Shown: positions 33,108 to 42,289, numbered from the stretch's first letter. The stretch is 64,000 nucleotides of DNA from an uncultured cyanobacterium (GCA_963706595.1 OY970166.1:1376001-1440000), one strand, 5' to 3'. The notes: a model not told the origin generated them from the letters alone. Made by a program: numbers and translations.

Positions 33108-33163
33108 TTACCTTCAGCAGAAACCCGGTTTATTCCTTTCTTAAAACATAGTTAAATAGTTAA

Positions 33164-33871
33164 ATGTTCACAAGCATCAAGGCATTGAATGTGTTATCAA
33201 GTTACCGAGCCGTAATTTTTGATATGGATGGTTTGCTTTTTGATACGGAAAGTATTGCGCGATGGGCTTGGAAACAAGCTCTCAAAGATCATGGCTATAT
33301 CATGAATGACGATTTATATATGGAGTTTGTCGGGCGAGATTTAACATGGCGGGAAAAATTACTTAAAAAAATCTACGGGGACAGTCTCCCCTTTGAGTCT
33401 GTGACAGTGCAACGCATCGAAATTGGTGATGAGCGAGAATTGCGAGAAGGTTTACCGATGAAACCAGGGGTTTTAGATTTGCTTGATAGACTCAGTGACT
33501 TGGGTGTGATGATTGCATTAGCCACCGGGACGGCTCGAACTAGAGCTATCCGACGTTTAACAAACGCTGGAATTAATCAATATTTCACGACAATTGTCAC
33601 GAGTGCAGATGTGGCTGAGGGTAAACCTGCTCCAGATATTTTTTTGGAAGCTAGCCGCCGTCTGAATATTAATCCTGTACAGTGTGTGGTTTTTGAAGAT
33701 TCTTTTGTGGGTGTGGAAGCAGCTTTTCAAGCGGGGATGTGTGCCATTATGGTTCCCGATATCGAAGCACCATCTACTGAAATTAGACGTTTGGCTCATC
33801 GAGTGTTGGACTCTCTGGAACAAACAAGGGAATTATTAGCAGAACTATTTGGAGAACCCATCAAATATTAA
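33164..33871 (+). CDS. HAD family phosphatase (beta-PGM/CbbY-like)
   Basis: FDMDGLLFDTE, GKPAPDIF, FEDS..GV.AA. Confidence 0.92.
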   Translation: MFTSIKALNVLSSYRAVIFDMDGLLFDTESIARWAWKQALKDHGYIMNDDLYMEFVGRDLTWREKLLKKIYGDSLPFESVTVQRIEIGDERELREGLPMKPGVLDLLDRLSDLGVMIALATGTARTRAIRRLTNAGINQYFTTIVTSADVAEGKPAPDIFLEASRRLNINPVQCVVFEDSFVGVEAAFQAGMCAIMVPDIEAPSTEIRRLAHRVLDSLEQTRELLAELFGEPIKY

Positions 33872-33926
33872 AAATCACAAATTACGTAAAGCCTGCGGCA
33901 TAGCTACGCTTAGAGCGCAGATCCTC

Positions 33927-34024
33927 CGAATTACGAATTACGAATTACGAATTACGAATTACGAATTACGAATTACGAATTACGAATTACGAATTACGAA
34001 TTACGAATTACGAATTACGAATTA
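33927..34024. repeat. STRR (CGAATTA) x14 perfect
   Basis: 98-bp perfect heptamer array between convergent genes. Confidence 0.95.
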
Positions 34025-35161
34025 TTTAGGCTCAATTGTGGCGACTACTTCCCCAGTTTGACTGGTATTATAACCCCCGATGGCCTCTAGCTGTGAGAGG
34101 ACTCGCCGATGACCTAATGTGCCGAGTAATTTTTGTACAGGGGGTTCATCTAGATATGATTTGAGAACTGCTAAATCATATCGTGATTGTTGTAAGGGGA
34201 TGAATCCTAACCCGAAGGCGGCGGCTACAGATGCAGTGCTGATACCGGATGAAACTTTGCCGGTGGCTACGGCTTGGGCTACTTCTAGATGTCCGTTGAC
34301 AATTTGCTCAAATCCCTTGACGGCTGTAAATGGAATATTAGCATCTTGGAGCGATCGCTCTAATACTTGGCGACTCCCTGAACCTTCTTCGCGGTTAACA
34401 ATGGTGATACCTGTTTGGGCTAAGTCTGCAATAGTTTTTAATCCCAGAGGATTATTCGGCTGTGTCAGCATTCCCTCTTCCCAAACGCCGAGGTTAATTA
34501 ATACAGCCGCCGTATCTTTGAGAACGGAACGCACAAAGGGAGTGTTATATTCTCCCGTGTGGGGATCATACAGATGCATTCCGGCAAAGTGAACTTCTCC
34601 CCGCCGCAGTCGATGCAATGCCGTCATACTGTTATCTAAAGTCCAGTGTACTCTGAGGTTAGGATGCCAACGTTCAGCCGCCCGCGCCCATAAGGATAAA
34701 GCCGGCGCACAACCTGCCAAAATCACTGTGGAATGTAGATTTCCGGGGTCATCTAGTAACTTGACGACCATTGTATTTGTACCGGGTAGGCGATCGCCTT
34801 CGCCATCAGCTGGTATCATTTCTGTACGAAAAGCATTTTGACCAATTAAAGGATGAGCAATCCATTGATGACCCACTTGAGCCAAAATCAGCCGCAGTCG
34901 CTGACCTAATGGCACATTATAAGCTGGTACAGCTGCTATTTCTGGTAAATCCTGCTCTAACCAAAATAAATCTTCCACTTGACAACCCAAGGCTTTTGCC
35001 AATCGTAGGGCGATAGTGGTGGATGGCGCATATTGTCCCGACTCGACACCGCTAATCGTTTGCCGGGTAACATTAGCCACGTTAGCCAAATCTTGCTGAC
35101 TCATACCCAAGCGGATTCTCGTTTGTTTTAATTTGTTGCGAAGTTCGTCCTGTTTTACCAC
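34022..35161 (-). CDS. XRE-HTH + molybdate-binding (PBP) domain regulator, VnfR-like
   Basis: N-terminal HTH (SQQDLA...TRQTISGVESG.Y.P), C-terminal NREEGSGSR / HLEVA PBP domain; divergent from mop and next to mod genes. Confidence 0.85.
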   Translation of the reverse strand: MVKQDELRNKLKQTRIRLGMSQQDLANVANVTRQTISGVESGQYAPSTTIALRLAKALGCQVEDLFWLEQDLPEIAAVPAYNVPLGQRLRLILAQVGHQWIAHPLIGQNAFRTEMIPADGEGDRLPGTNTMVVKLLDDPGNLHSTVILAGCAPALSLWARAAERWHPNLRVHWTLDNSMTALHRLRRGEVHFAGMHLYDPHTGEYNTPFVRSVLKDTAAVLINLGVWEEGMLTQPNNPLGLKTIADLAQTGITIVNREEGSGSRQVLERSLQDANIPFTAVKGFEQIVNGHLEVAQAVATGKVSSGISTASVAAAFGLGFIPLQQSRYDLAVLKSYLDEPPVQKLLGTLGHRRVLSQLEAIGGYNTSQTGEVVATIEPK

Positions 35162-35246
35162 GTCTTAGCTATTGAGTTTTTGCGGTTATCCTCTTATTTA
35201 AAGTAGCGTGAACAGGTTAGCTGCGATCAATCGAATAATTTATTTT

Positions 35247-35282
35247 AGCAGGTCTATATAACATTATGCTAATATACTTGCT
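35247..35282. promoter_or_regulatory. 36-bp candidate Mo-regulon operator, copy 1 (between regulator and mop)
   Basis: AGCAGGTCTATATAACATTATGCTAATATACTTGCT; aligns without gaps to copies at 38580, 38712, 39662. Confidence 0.7.
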
Positions 35283-35345
35283 TAATCCAGGTAAACTATG
35301 ATCTGTAAGTACATATAGTATTCCACTCAACACGAGGAGTAAAAA

Positions 35346-35555
35346 ATGAAAATTAGTGCGCGTAATTCTCTGAAAGGCAAGGTAAAGGAAGTTACACCTG
35401 GAACTGTCAATGCAGAAATTGTGATTGAAATTGCGCCTGGAATTGAAGTTACCTCAATTATTACCAAGTCTTCTTACGAAAGTATGGGTATAGAAGTAGG
35501 TAAAGAAGTGTATGCAATTGTGAAATCAACTGATGTTTTAATTGGTGTTGACTAA
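35346..35555 (+). CDS. mop: Molbindin (Mop/TOBE molybdate-binding protein)
   Basis: MKISARN.LKG...SIIT..S...G....AIVKSTDV; RBS GAGGAG. Confidence 0.95.
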   Translation: MKISARNSLKGKVKEVTPGTVNAEIVIEIAPGIEVTSIITKSSYESMGIEVGKEVYAIVKSTDVLIGVD

Positions 35556-35766
35556 AATTTCTGACATAATATCCAAATCCAATTTTTAACCTCACCCCGC
35601 CTAAGAAGTTGCGTCAAAGTCTCCCCTCTCCTTAGTAAGGAGAGGGGTTGGGGGTGAGGTTCTGTATTTTATTAAATCCGCATTTATTCAAAGTTTGTAG
35701 TGAGGACTTCAGTCCTCATTAGCGTCAGGGAAATAAGGACTAAAGTCCTGACTACGAGCGTTATTT

Positions 35767-37577
35767 TTATTCCGGCATTAAGAAGAGTTTTGCTATATCT
35801 AAACGCACATACCAAGGAAAGGGTTTGTCTTTGATATTCGCCCATTTTTCCTTAAATACTTCCGCCTGTAGGTGGTAATCATGGCTGTGATTTAATGAAT
35901 GGTGCAGTCGTAAATACAATGTCATCCGGTGCGGTGTTTCTCGCGTTCTCACTAACCAACAGGGAAAGGTATTTTCTGCGTTGGGGTCGCTTGTAAAGCT
36001 GATATGATGGGCGCGAATACCTATATAAGCTGGTGACTGGGGTAAAGGTTCCATGATTTTCAGGGTGCAGTCCCAATCTAAGGCTTTGACTTGATTCGCA
36101 GATAGCGTACTTTTACTGGGGAAAAGTTTTTACAACCTGTTAACTGAGCGACTGTGTAACTATTGGGATGGTCAAAAATATTTTGTTTATCATCGTTAGC
36201 AATAACTTGTCCTTGGGACATAACCAACAATTGTTGACAAATTTCGTAGGCTTCTTCTAAATTGTGGGTAACAAATAGTGTTACTCCTGAATAAGTGCTG
36301 AGGGTTTCACTTAATTGCTCTTGTAATTGGTGGCGCAGATATGTATCCAGCGCTGAAAAGGGTTCATCTAATAGTAATGCTTCTGGTTTAATGGCTAAAG
36401 CTCTGGCTAAAGCAACTCGTTGTTGCTGTCCTCCAGAAAGTTGGTGAGGATAGCGATTTTCTAATCCTTCTAACTGCACTGCTAATAGTTGCGCCTGGAC
36501 CTGCTGCTTAATTGCTAATGTGGATAAGCCTTTAGGTAAGCCAAAAGCGATATTTTGCATGACAGTCAGATGCGGGAATAAAGCATAATTCTGCATTAAG
36601 AAACCAATGCGGCGATCGCGTGAAGGCAAATTAATTCTTTTTTCCGAATCAAACAACACTCGCCCATTTAAAATAATACGTCCTTTTGTGGGTGTTTCGA
36701 TGCCAGCAATGCAGCGCAAAATCATACTTTTACCAGCCCCAGAACCTCCCAAAAATCCCAGGGTATGACTATCACCGCTAAAACATACTTGCAATCTAAA
36801 GCCTGGAAGTTGTTTGGTAATATCTACGAATAATACTGATAAATCAGTTTTCTGCGAGGTTTGACATATCTGGTATTCCTGGTTTCTGAGTAATGTGGGA
36901 AATGGGGAATTTTGTTGTTTCCTTTTTCCTCGGTTTTCTTGCCAAAGGTTGACTCCAATAATCCCAGATAAAGAAATACTCATGATAGCGATCGCCCAAA
37001 ACCAAGCTTCATTCATCGCGCCAGCTTCCACAGCAAAATAAATCGCCATCGGGATCGTTTGAGTTTCTCCGGGGATATTACCAGCTAACATTAAGGTGGC
37101 TCCAAATTCACCCAAAGCCCTTGCAAAAGCTAAACTTGTGGCGGCAACAATTCCGGGAAATGCTAGGGGTAAACTGATGCGCCAAAAGATGGCAGATTCA
37201 GATGAACCAAGGGTTCTGGCTACGCGTAACAGATTCCCATCGATTTGTTCAAAGGCTCCCAAGGCGGTTTTATACATGATGGGAAATGCGACAACTGTCG
37301 CCGCGATCGCTGCACCATACCAAGTAAAAACAATGCTAAAATCTAAAGGCTGCATGAGTTTACCTACAGGTCCATTTCTCCCAAAAAATAATAGTAATAA
37401 AAAGCCCACAACTGTAGGCGGTAAAATCAAAGGAGCGATAAAAATTCCTTCAATTAATGATTTGGCTTTACCTCGATATCCTAACATCCAGTAAGCTGAC
37501 CAAATTCCCAGAAAAAAGGTAATAAATGTGGCAAGTAAGGAGGTTTTTAGTGATATCCAAAGGGGTGATAAATCCAT
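35767..37577 (-). pseudogene. modB: ModBC fusion (molybdate permease + ATPase) with a frameshift near 36106 separating the C-terminal domain
   Basis: PLILPPTVVG, FARALGEFGAT, GGSGAGKS, LSGGQQQR, LDEPFSALD; after KNFSPVKV the shifted frame LSANQVKALDWDCTLKI runs into ORF 35767-36054. Confidence 0.8.
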
Positions 37578-37696
37578 GATATTTTGAGGTAATTCGTGAT
37601 TTCTGTCGAATTATAGGAGGAATGAACCGCAAAGGACACAAAGGACACAAAGGAAGAAGGAAAAACGAAGAAGGAAAAACGAAGAAGGAGATGCTA

Positions 37697-38491
37697 TTAA
37701 TTCACAATAAATCCGTATTTTTTTAGTACAGCCTTGGCTTGATTACTAGATAAGAATTGGACAAATTCTTTCGCAGCCGGGATATTTTTACTTCTTTTAA
37801 TTACTGCCATTGGATAAACAATTGGAGAGTGATATTTTTCATCAGCAGCAACTACAACTTTGACTTTATTGGAAATTTTAGCATCTGTGGCGTAAACTAA
37901 GCCCGCATCGGCGTTACCACTTTCTACAGCTGCTAAAACTTGACGCACATTGTTAGCCAAAACTAATTTAGACTTGATTTTATCAAAAATTCCCAATTTC
38001 TTGAATACTTGGTCGGCGTATTGTCCTGCGGGTACGCTTCTGGGTTCTCCTACGGCAATTCTCTTAACTCTGGCATCTGCTAAATTAAAAAAGCTATTAA
38101 TGTCTGTGGTGTTATTAGGTACAATCAGAACTAAGCGGTTGTTTGCTAGATTGGTACGAGTACCTGGAACTAAAAGTCCTTTTTGCTCCAGTGCATCTAC
38201 TTGTCTTCTCGCGGCGGAAATAAAGATATCTGCTGGCGCACCCTGTTCAATTTGTTGCTGTAATGCTCCAGAACTCCCAAAGTTATATCTGATATTGACG
38301 TTTGGTTTACTTTGTTGGTAAATGGGCTGAATTTCTTCTAGTGCATCTTTCATACTTGCAGCCGCAGACACCAGCAAGTTGACGTTTGACTGTGCTGTTA
38401 AGGGAGTGGGAATAATTAAAGGTAAGGCAACGGCTAGGAAACAGCTAATAACTGCGATACCAATCCAACCCAGAATCTGTTTTTTATTCAT
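37697..38491 (-). CDS. modA: Molybdate ABC transporter substrate-binding protein
   Basis: VSAAAS, FGSSGAL..QIEQGAP.D, P.SVPAG.YA, ADAG.VY.TDA. Confidence 0.96.
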   Translation of the reverse strand: MNKKQILGWIGIAVISCFLAVALPLIIPTPLTAQSNVNLLVSAAASMKDALEEIQPIYQQSKPNVNIRYNFGSSGALQQQIEQGAPADIFISAARRQVDALEQKGLLVPGTRTNLANNRLVLIVPNNTTDINSFFNLADARVKRIAVGEPRSVPAGQYADQVFKKLGIFDKIKSKLVLANNVRQVLAAVESGNADAGLVYATDAKISNKVKVVVAADEKYHSPIVYPMAVIKRSKNIPAAKEFVQFLSSNQAKAVLKKYGFIVN

Positions 38492-38579
38492 ATTTTTATT
38501 TTTGCTGTGTAACTAAAGTGTTCAGGCTGTTTGAAAGGTGCTTGTTCCTATTTACACACGAACTTAATTTGAATTCTGT

Positions 38580-38615
38580 AGCAAGGATAACTGACAAAAC
38601 GCCAGGATAAATGCT
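38580..38615. promoter_or_regulatory. 36-bp candidate Mo-regulon operator, copy 2 (upstream of modA)
   Basis: AGCAAGGATAACTGACAAAACGCCAGGATAAATGCT. Confidence 0.7.
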
Positions 38616-38711
38616 TTTCAGAGAGAAAACCCAGCCTTTGCACAAGCAGAAGGACTGGATTTTGGACTCAAACTTAGTAAAACCAATAGTTTTGCTAATC
38701 ATGAGTTTTTT

Positions 38712-38747
38712 AGCCAGCTTATTTTACTTTTAGCTAAAATACTTGCT
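38712..38747. promoter_or_regulatory. 36-bp candidate Mo-regulon operator, copy 3 (upstream of modA)
   Basis: AGCCAGCTTATTTTACTTTTAGCTAAAATACTTGCT. Confidence 0.65.
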
Positions 38748-38749
38748 TT

Positions 38750-39595
38750 TTAAGCGGCATGAGATTTGGCTTTGTGAAATACCCGAAATGCAGAGATATT
38801 TAAAATTACCCCTAAGATAATTTTCAGTATGGGTGCGGAAATAATACCAACCAGCATTCCCCCGATGATAGCTCCAATGATTGAGCCAACCCCCATCGGT
38901 GCAACGGTATTTTTCAAGATGTTGCGATTCCTACGGAGCGCTTCGCTATCGCTAAAAGCGCCTCTACTGGCATATTTAATCACCCCGACTAGCACAGTGG
39001 GGAAGCTGATTAACAGGCTAGCTGTACCGGCTGTCCGAATATCTACACCAAAAGCAAAAACTAAGGTAGGAATAATCACCTCACCCCCAGCAACTCCCAG
39101 TAAACTGCTGACTAATCCAATTGCTAACCCAAATAGGATACCTGCGGGAATGTTCCAAGATGCAGGTAGTAAGGCTGGTATTTCTTGCGGCAGAAAACCT
39201 TCAATTATCAAGGCGATACCAATGATTACCAATAGCCAGAGAATAATTTGCTCTAGCTGTTCGTTGGAAAGCCTGATTGCTAATGTTGCTCCAAAAAAGG
39301 CAGTAATTACCGCGCCAGCAATTAAGGAAAGGATCACTGGTAACAAGGGAATTACTGAATCGAAAGAAAGCAGACTACCTCGAATTGCTAAGGATGCAGC
39401 AATGGAAATCAAGCTGACGGCAAGATTTACAGGTACGGCTTGCTGTGCTGAATAGCCCAATATGCTGGCTAGGACTGGTAGGCGAAATTCTGCACCGCCT
39501 AAGCCAATTAGCCCTCCTAATATCCCTATGGGTACTGAGTAAAGAAAGGATAATTGAAAACGCTTGATTTGTGGAGAGGAATTATGATCTTTCAT
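38750..39595 (-). CDS. TauE/SafE (sulfite exporter) family membrane protein
   Basis: GGLIGLGGAEFRLP and SSLLGVAGGE...P duplicated halves; about 8 TM segments. Confidence 0.88.
   Translation of the reverse strand: MKDHNSSPQIKRFQLSFLYSVPIGILGGLIGLGGAEFRLPVLASILGYSAQQAVPVNLAVSLISIAASLAIRGSLLSFDSVIPLLPVILSLIAGAVITAFFGATLAIRLSNEQLEQIILWLLVIIGIALIIEGFLPQEIPALLPASWNIPAGILFGLAIGLVSSLLGVAGGEVIIPTLVFAFGVDIRTAGTASLLISFPTVLVGVIKYASRGAFSDSEALRRNRNILKNTVAPMGVGSIIGAIIGGMLVGIISAPILKIILGVILNISAFRVFHKAKSHAA
38929..38949. mobile_element. 21-bp SDR-type element inserted in frame into a HIP1 site inside the TauE gene
   Basis: GCGAT[tcctacggagcgcttcgctat]CGC; adds 7 aa (SEALRRN). Confidence 0.75.
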
Positions 39596-39661
39596 TGTTA
39601 TTTTGGGATGCCTGCCAAGCTACTTATTTGTATTTACACATTAAGTGAATTTTTATTCTGT

Positions 39662-39697
39662 AGCAAGAATAGCTGACATTTTGCCAAAATAAATGCA
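39662..39697. promoter_or_regulatory. 36-bp candidate Mo-regulon operator, copy 4 (upstream of the TauE gene)
   Basis: AGCAAGAATAGCTGACATTTTGCCAAAATAAATGCA; flank tatttacaca...attctgt shared with copy 2. Confidence 0.7.
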
Positions 39698-40060
39698 ATG
39701 AGAGGTGTTTTTTTAACGCAGAGGTACGCTGAGTTGTTTACTAGTGCTATGGATTTGGTGAGTAATTCCGTATTTTCATCATGACTTTAATTAATCTTTA
39801 ATTTATCTACCAGTAATTACAGATAAGATATCTGGAACAAGATGTAATTGCCTAGTTAAATTTACTCTGTTTAAAATGTGGCACGTATTAGCATCTGAAC
39901 TCTCTGCGCTTGGTGCGTGAGCAAAATTCCTATTCTCAATCAGCAACATCGGATAATTTATTGCTTGGTATTCCCCTCAGAATGAATCCTGCAAATTTTG
40001 CTGATAGTCTGGGCAATTTATGTATCAACATATATAGCAAAATTCACAGAGCAACATAAT

Positions 40061-40630
40061 ATGAAGAATGCTTGGTGGTATCAAATTTCAACAATTAACC
40101 TAGCTTTGATAGCAGTAATTCCGACGCTGGTATTTTCAGCATTCTCTTACCAAGCCATGGCTGAAGATCCAGGATTATGTTTTATGATTACCTCTTCTGG
40201 CAGAATGGTGCGCTTGGGGAAGCTTTGCGGTGTAACGAAGACACCTCTCCCCAAGAATAACAGCAAAATTTTTCGGGTTCCCATCAAACGCCGCCTGGGT
40301 AGAACTCCTGTGATTGATGTCACCTTCAATCACAACAACACTTTTGAAATGATTGTAGATACTGGCGCTCATGGTACTCTAATTACTGCCAAAATGGCCA
40401 ATACTCTGCAACTCCAGGCTACAGGAATTATGCAAGCTCAAATTGCGGATGGGACTCAAGTCCTATTTCCCACTGGTAAGGTAAATTCTGTGGCTGCGGG
40501 TGGAGTTGTGGCTAATAATCTAGAAGTGGCGATTGCCCCAAAAGCCGGGGTAGGATTACTAGGACATGATTTCTTTGGCAACTACGACATCAAAATTCGC
40601 GAAAAAGACGTAGAGTTTTACTCCCGCTAA
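40061..40630 (+). CDS. Retropepsin-like aspartic protease, exported
   Basis: Signal peptide, C.M....G....L..LC motif, MIVDTGA, GLLGHDFF. Confidence 0.88.
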   Translation: MKNAWWYQISTINLALIAVIPTLVFSAFSYQAMAEDPGLCFMITSSGRMVRLGKLCGVTKTPLPKNNSKIFRVPIKRRLGRTPVIDVTFNHNNTFEMIVDTGAHGTLITAKMANTLQLQATGIMQAQIADGTQVLFPTGKVNSVAAGGVVANNLEVAIAPKAGVGLLGHDFFGNYDIKIREKDVEFYSR

Positions 40631-40875
40631 TCCTAATTTAGAATTTTAACTCCCATCTGTACTTTGCACTTTACATATATAAAAGCCATTATTTAACAGA
40701 CTTAAAATATTCTTCAAACCAGACAATAATCACTATTATAGGTCTTTTTAAAACTAGTTTTGTCCTTGACTTTCTTGAATTGCCTGAATAAAAATAGCAG
40801 TAACAGTTAAGCGAAGCGAGCTTAATTGTTAATCAACTAAATCTATTAGCAATCAATGCTTGAGGAGCAAATATT

Positions 40876-41109
40876 ATGGCAAATATCACTCTTTCTGAAC
40901 TCAACAATGCTGGTGCAGAATTATTTCAAGATTCTGAAAGTTTCTTGAATGAATTGAAAGATGTGGATGCTATCTCCGGTGGCAGCAGCTACAATCAAGG
41001 CTATGTCAGCGATATGTCCACATTGACTAAGTTGGCTGAGGCGTTTGTGACAACTTATGCTATTGGTCATGTGACTGTCCTAGCTAAGTCATTCAGCTAT
41101 GGATACTAA
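40876..41109 (+). CDS. Double-glycine leader peptide precursor, copy 1
   Basis: RBS GAGGAG; 36-aa leader ...ELFQDSESFLNEL...ISGG; 41-aa core. Confidence 0.8.
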   Translation: MANITLSELNNAGAELFQDSESFLNELKDVDAISGGSSYNQGYVSDMSTLTKLAEAFVTTYAIGHVTVLAKSFSYGY

Positions 41110-41267
41110 TAGCTGTAATCGCTTCATTTAACTAGTATTTCTGCACGATAATCAATTGATTTTGTGCTGTACTAGATGGCTGTTCAGGGATTAAATTTAC
41201 TAACAATAATCCCTGAAAGCTAGTCAGGTTGAAAATTATCACAACAAATGCTTGAGGAGCAAATATT

Positions 41268-41504
41268 ATGGCTAACATCATTCTTTCTGAACTCAACAAT
41301 GCTGGTGTTGAATTATTTCAAGATTCTGAAAGTTTTCTGAATGAATTGAAAGATGTCGATTCCATCTCCGGCGGCAGCACCGACGTATACGCTGGCTATG
41401 TAAGCGATCTGTCCACATTGACAAAGTTGGCTGAGGCATTTGTGACAACTTATGCTATTGGTCACGTGACTGTCCTAGCCAAGTCATTCAGCTATGGATA
41501 CTAA
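41268..41504 (+). CDS. Double-glycine leader peptide precursor, copy 2
   Basis: Same RBS and leader; 42-aa core. Confidence 0.8.
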   Translation: MANIILSELNNAGVELFQDSESFLNELKDVDSISGGSTDVYAGYVSDLSTLTKLAEAFVTTYAIGHVTVLAKSFSYGY

Positions 41505-41621
41505 TGGCTTTAATCGCTTCATTTAACTGATAGCTTTTCAGGGATGAGATTTACTCGCAATCATCCCTGAGAGCTAATCAAATTGAACATTGTCGTCACA
41601 AATGCTTGAGGAGCAAATATT

Positions 41622-41858
41622 ATGGCAAACATCACTCTTTCTGAACTAAATAATGCTGGTGCTGAATTATTTCAAGATTCTGAAAGTTTCTTGAATGAAT
41701 TGAAAGATGTAGATTCCATCTCCGGTGGTAGCACCGACACCTACGGCGGCTATGTCAGCGATATTTCTACATTGACTAAGTTGGCTGAGGCATTTGTCAC
41801 AGTTTATGCAATTGGTCATGTTACCTACTTAGCCAAATCATTTAGTTCTGGATACTAA
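41622..41858 (+). CDS. Double-glycine leader peptide precursor, copy 3
   Basis: Same RBS and leader; 42-aa core. Confidence 0.8.
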   Translation: MANITLSELNNAGAELFQDSESFLNELKDVDSISGGSTDTYGGYVSDISTLTKLAEAFVTVYAIGHVTYLAKSFSSGY

Positions 41859-41973
41859 TGGCTTTAATCGCTTTATTTAACTGATAACTTTTCAGGGATG
41901 CTCCCCTCACAATCATCCCTGAAAGCCAGTCAAGTTGAAAACTATCATCACAAGCACTTGAGGAGCAAATATT

Positions 41974-42204
41974 ATGGCAAACATCACTCTTTCTGAACTA
42001 AACAATGCTGGTGTGGAATTATTTCAAGATTCTGAAAGTTTTCTGAATGAATTGAAAAATGTAGATTCCATCTCCGGTGGTAGCACCCATCAACCCTATG
42101 TCAGCGATATGTCCTTCCTGACTAAGCTGGCTGAGGCGTTTGTCTTCACTTACTCCATTGGTCATGTTACCTACTTAGCCAAGTCAGTTAGTTCTGGATA
42201 CTAA
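41974..42204 (+). CDS. Double-glycine leader peptide precursor, copy 4
   Basis: Same RBS and leader; 40-aa core. Confidence 0.8.
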   Translation: MANITLSELNNAGVELFQDSESFLNELKNVDSISGGSTHQPYVSDMSFLTKLAEAFVFTYSIGHVTYLAKSVSSGY

Positions 42205-42221
42205 ATAAGTTAATAAACTAA

Positions 42222-42254
42222 AGATCCCCGACTTCTTAAAGAAGTCGGGGATCT
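42222..42254. repeat. 33-bp dispersed palindrome, copy 4 (probable terminator of the peptide array)
   Basis: agatccccgacttcttaaagaagtcggggatct. Confidence 0.8.
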
Positions 42255-42289
42255 AAACCTCTGAGTGGAGAACAAATCAGATAGGATTG

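Noticed and set aside
32765..33155. ORFs 32765-33016 and 32823-33155
   Set aside because: They consist of nested MITE sequence
33849..34061. ORF with (ITNYELR)n repeats
   Set aside because: Translation of the (CGAATTA)14 STRR array, not a gene
37096..39455. Long antisense ORFs over mod/tauE genes (and similar ones elsewhere)
   Set aside because: Shadow frames of well-supported genes
40876..42204. CRISPR-like periodicity, or lanthipeptide cluster
   Set aside because: The repeats are ~350-390 bp protein-coding units; the cores lack Cys and no cas or lanM genes are present
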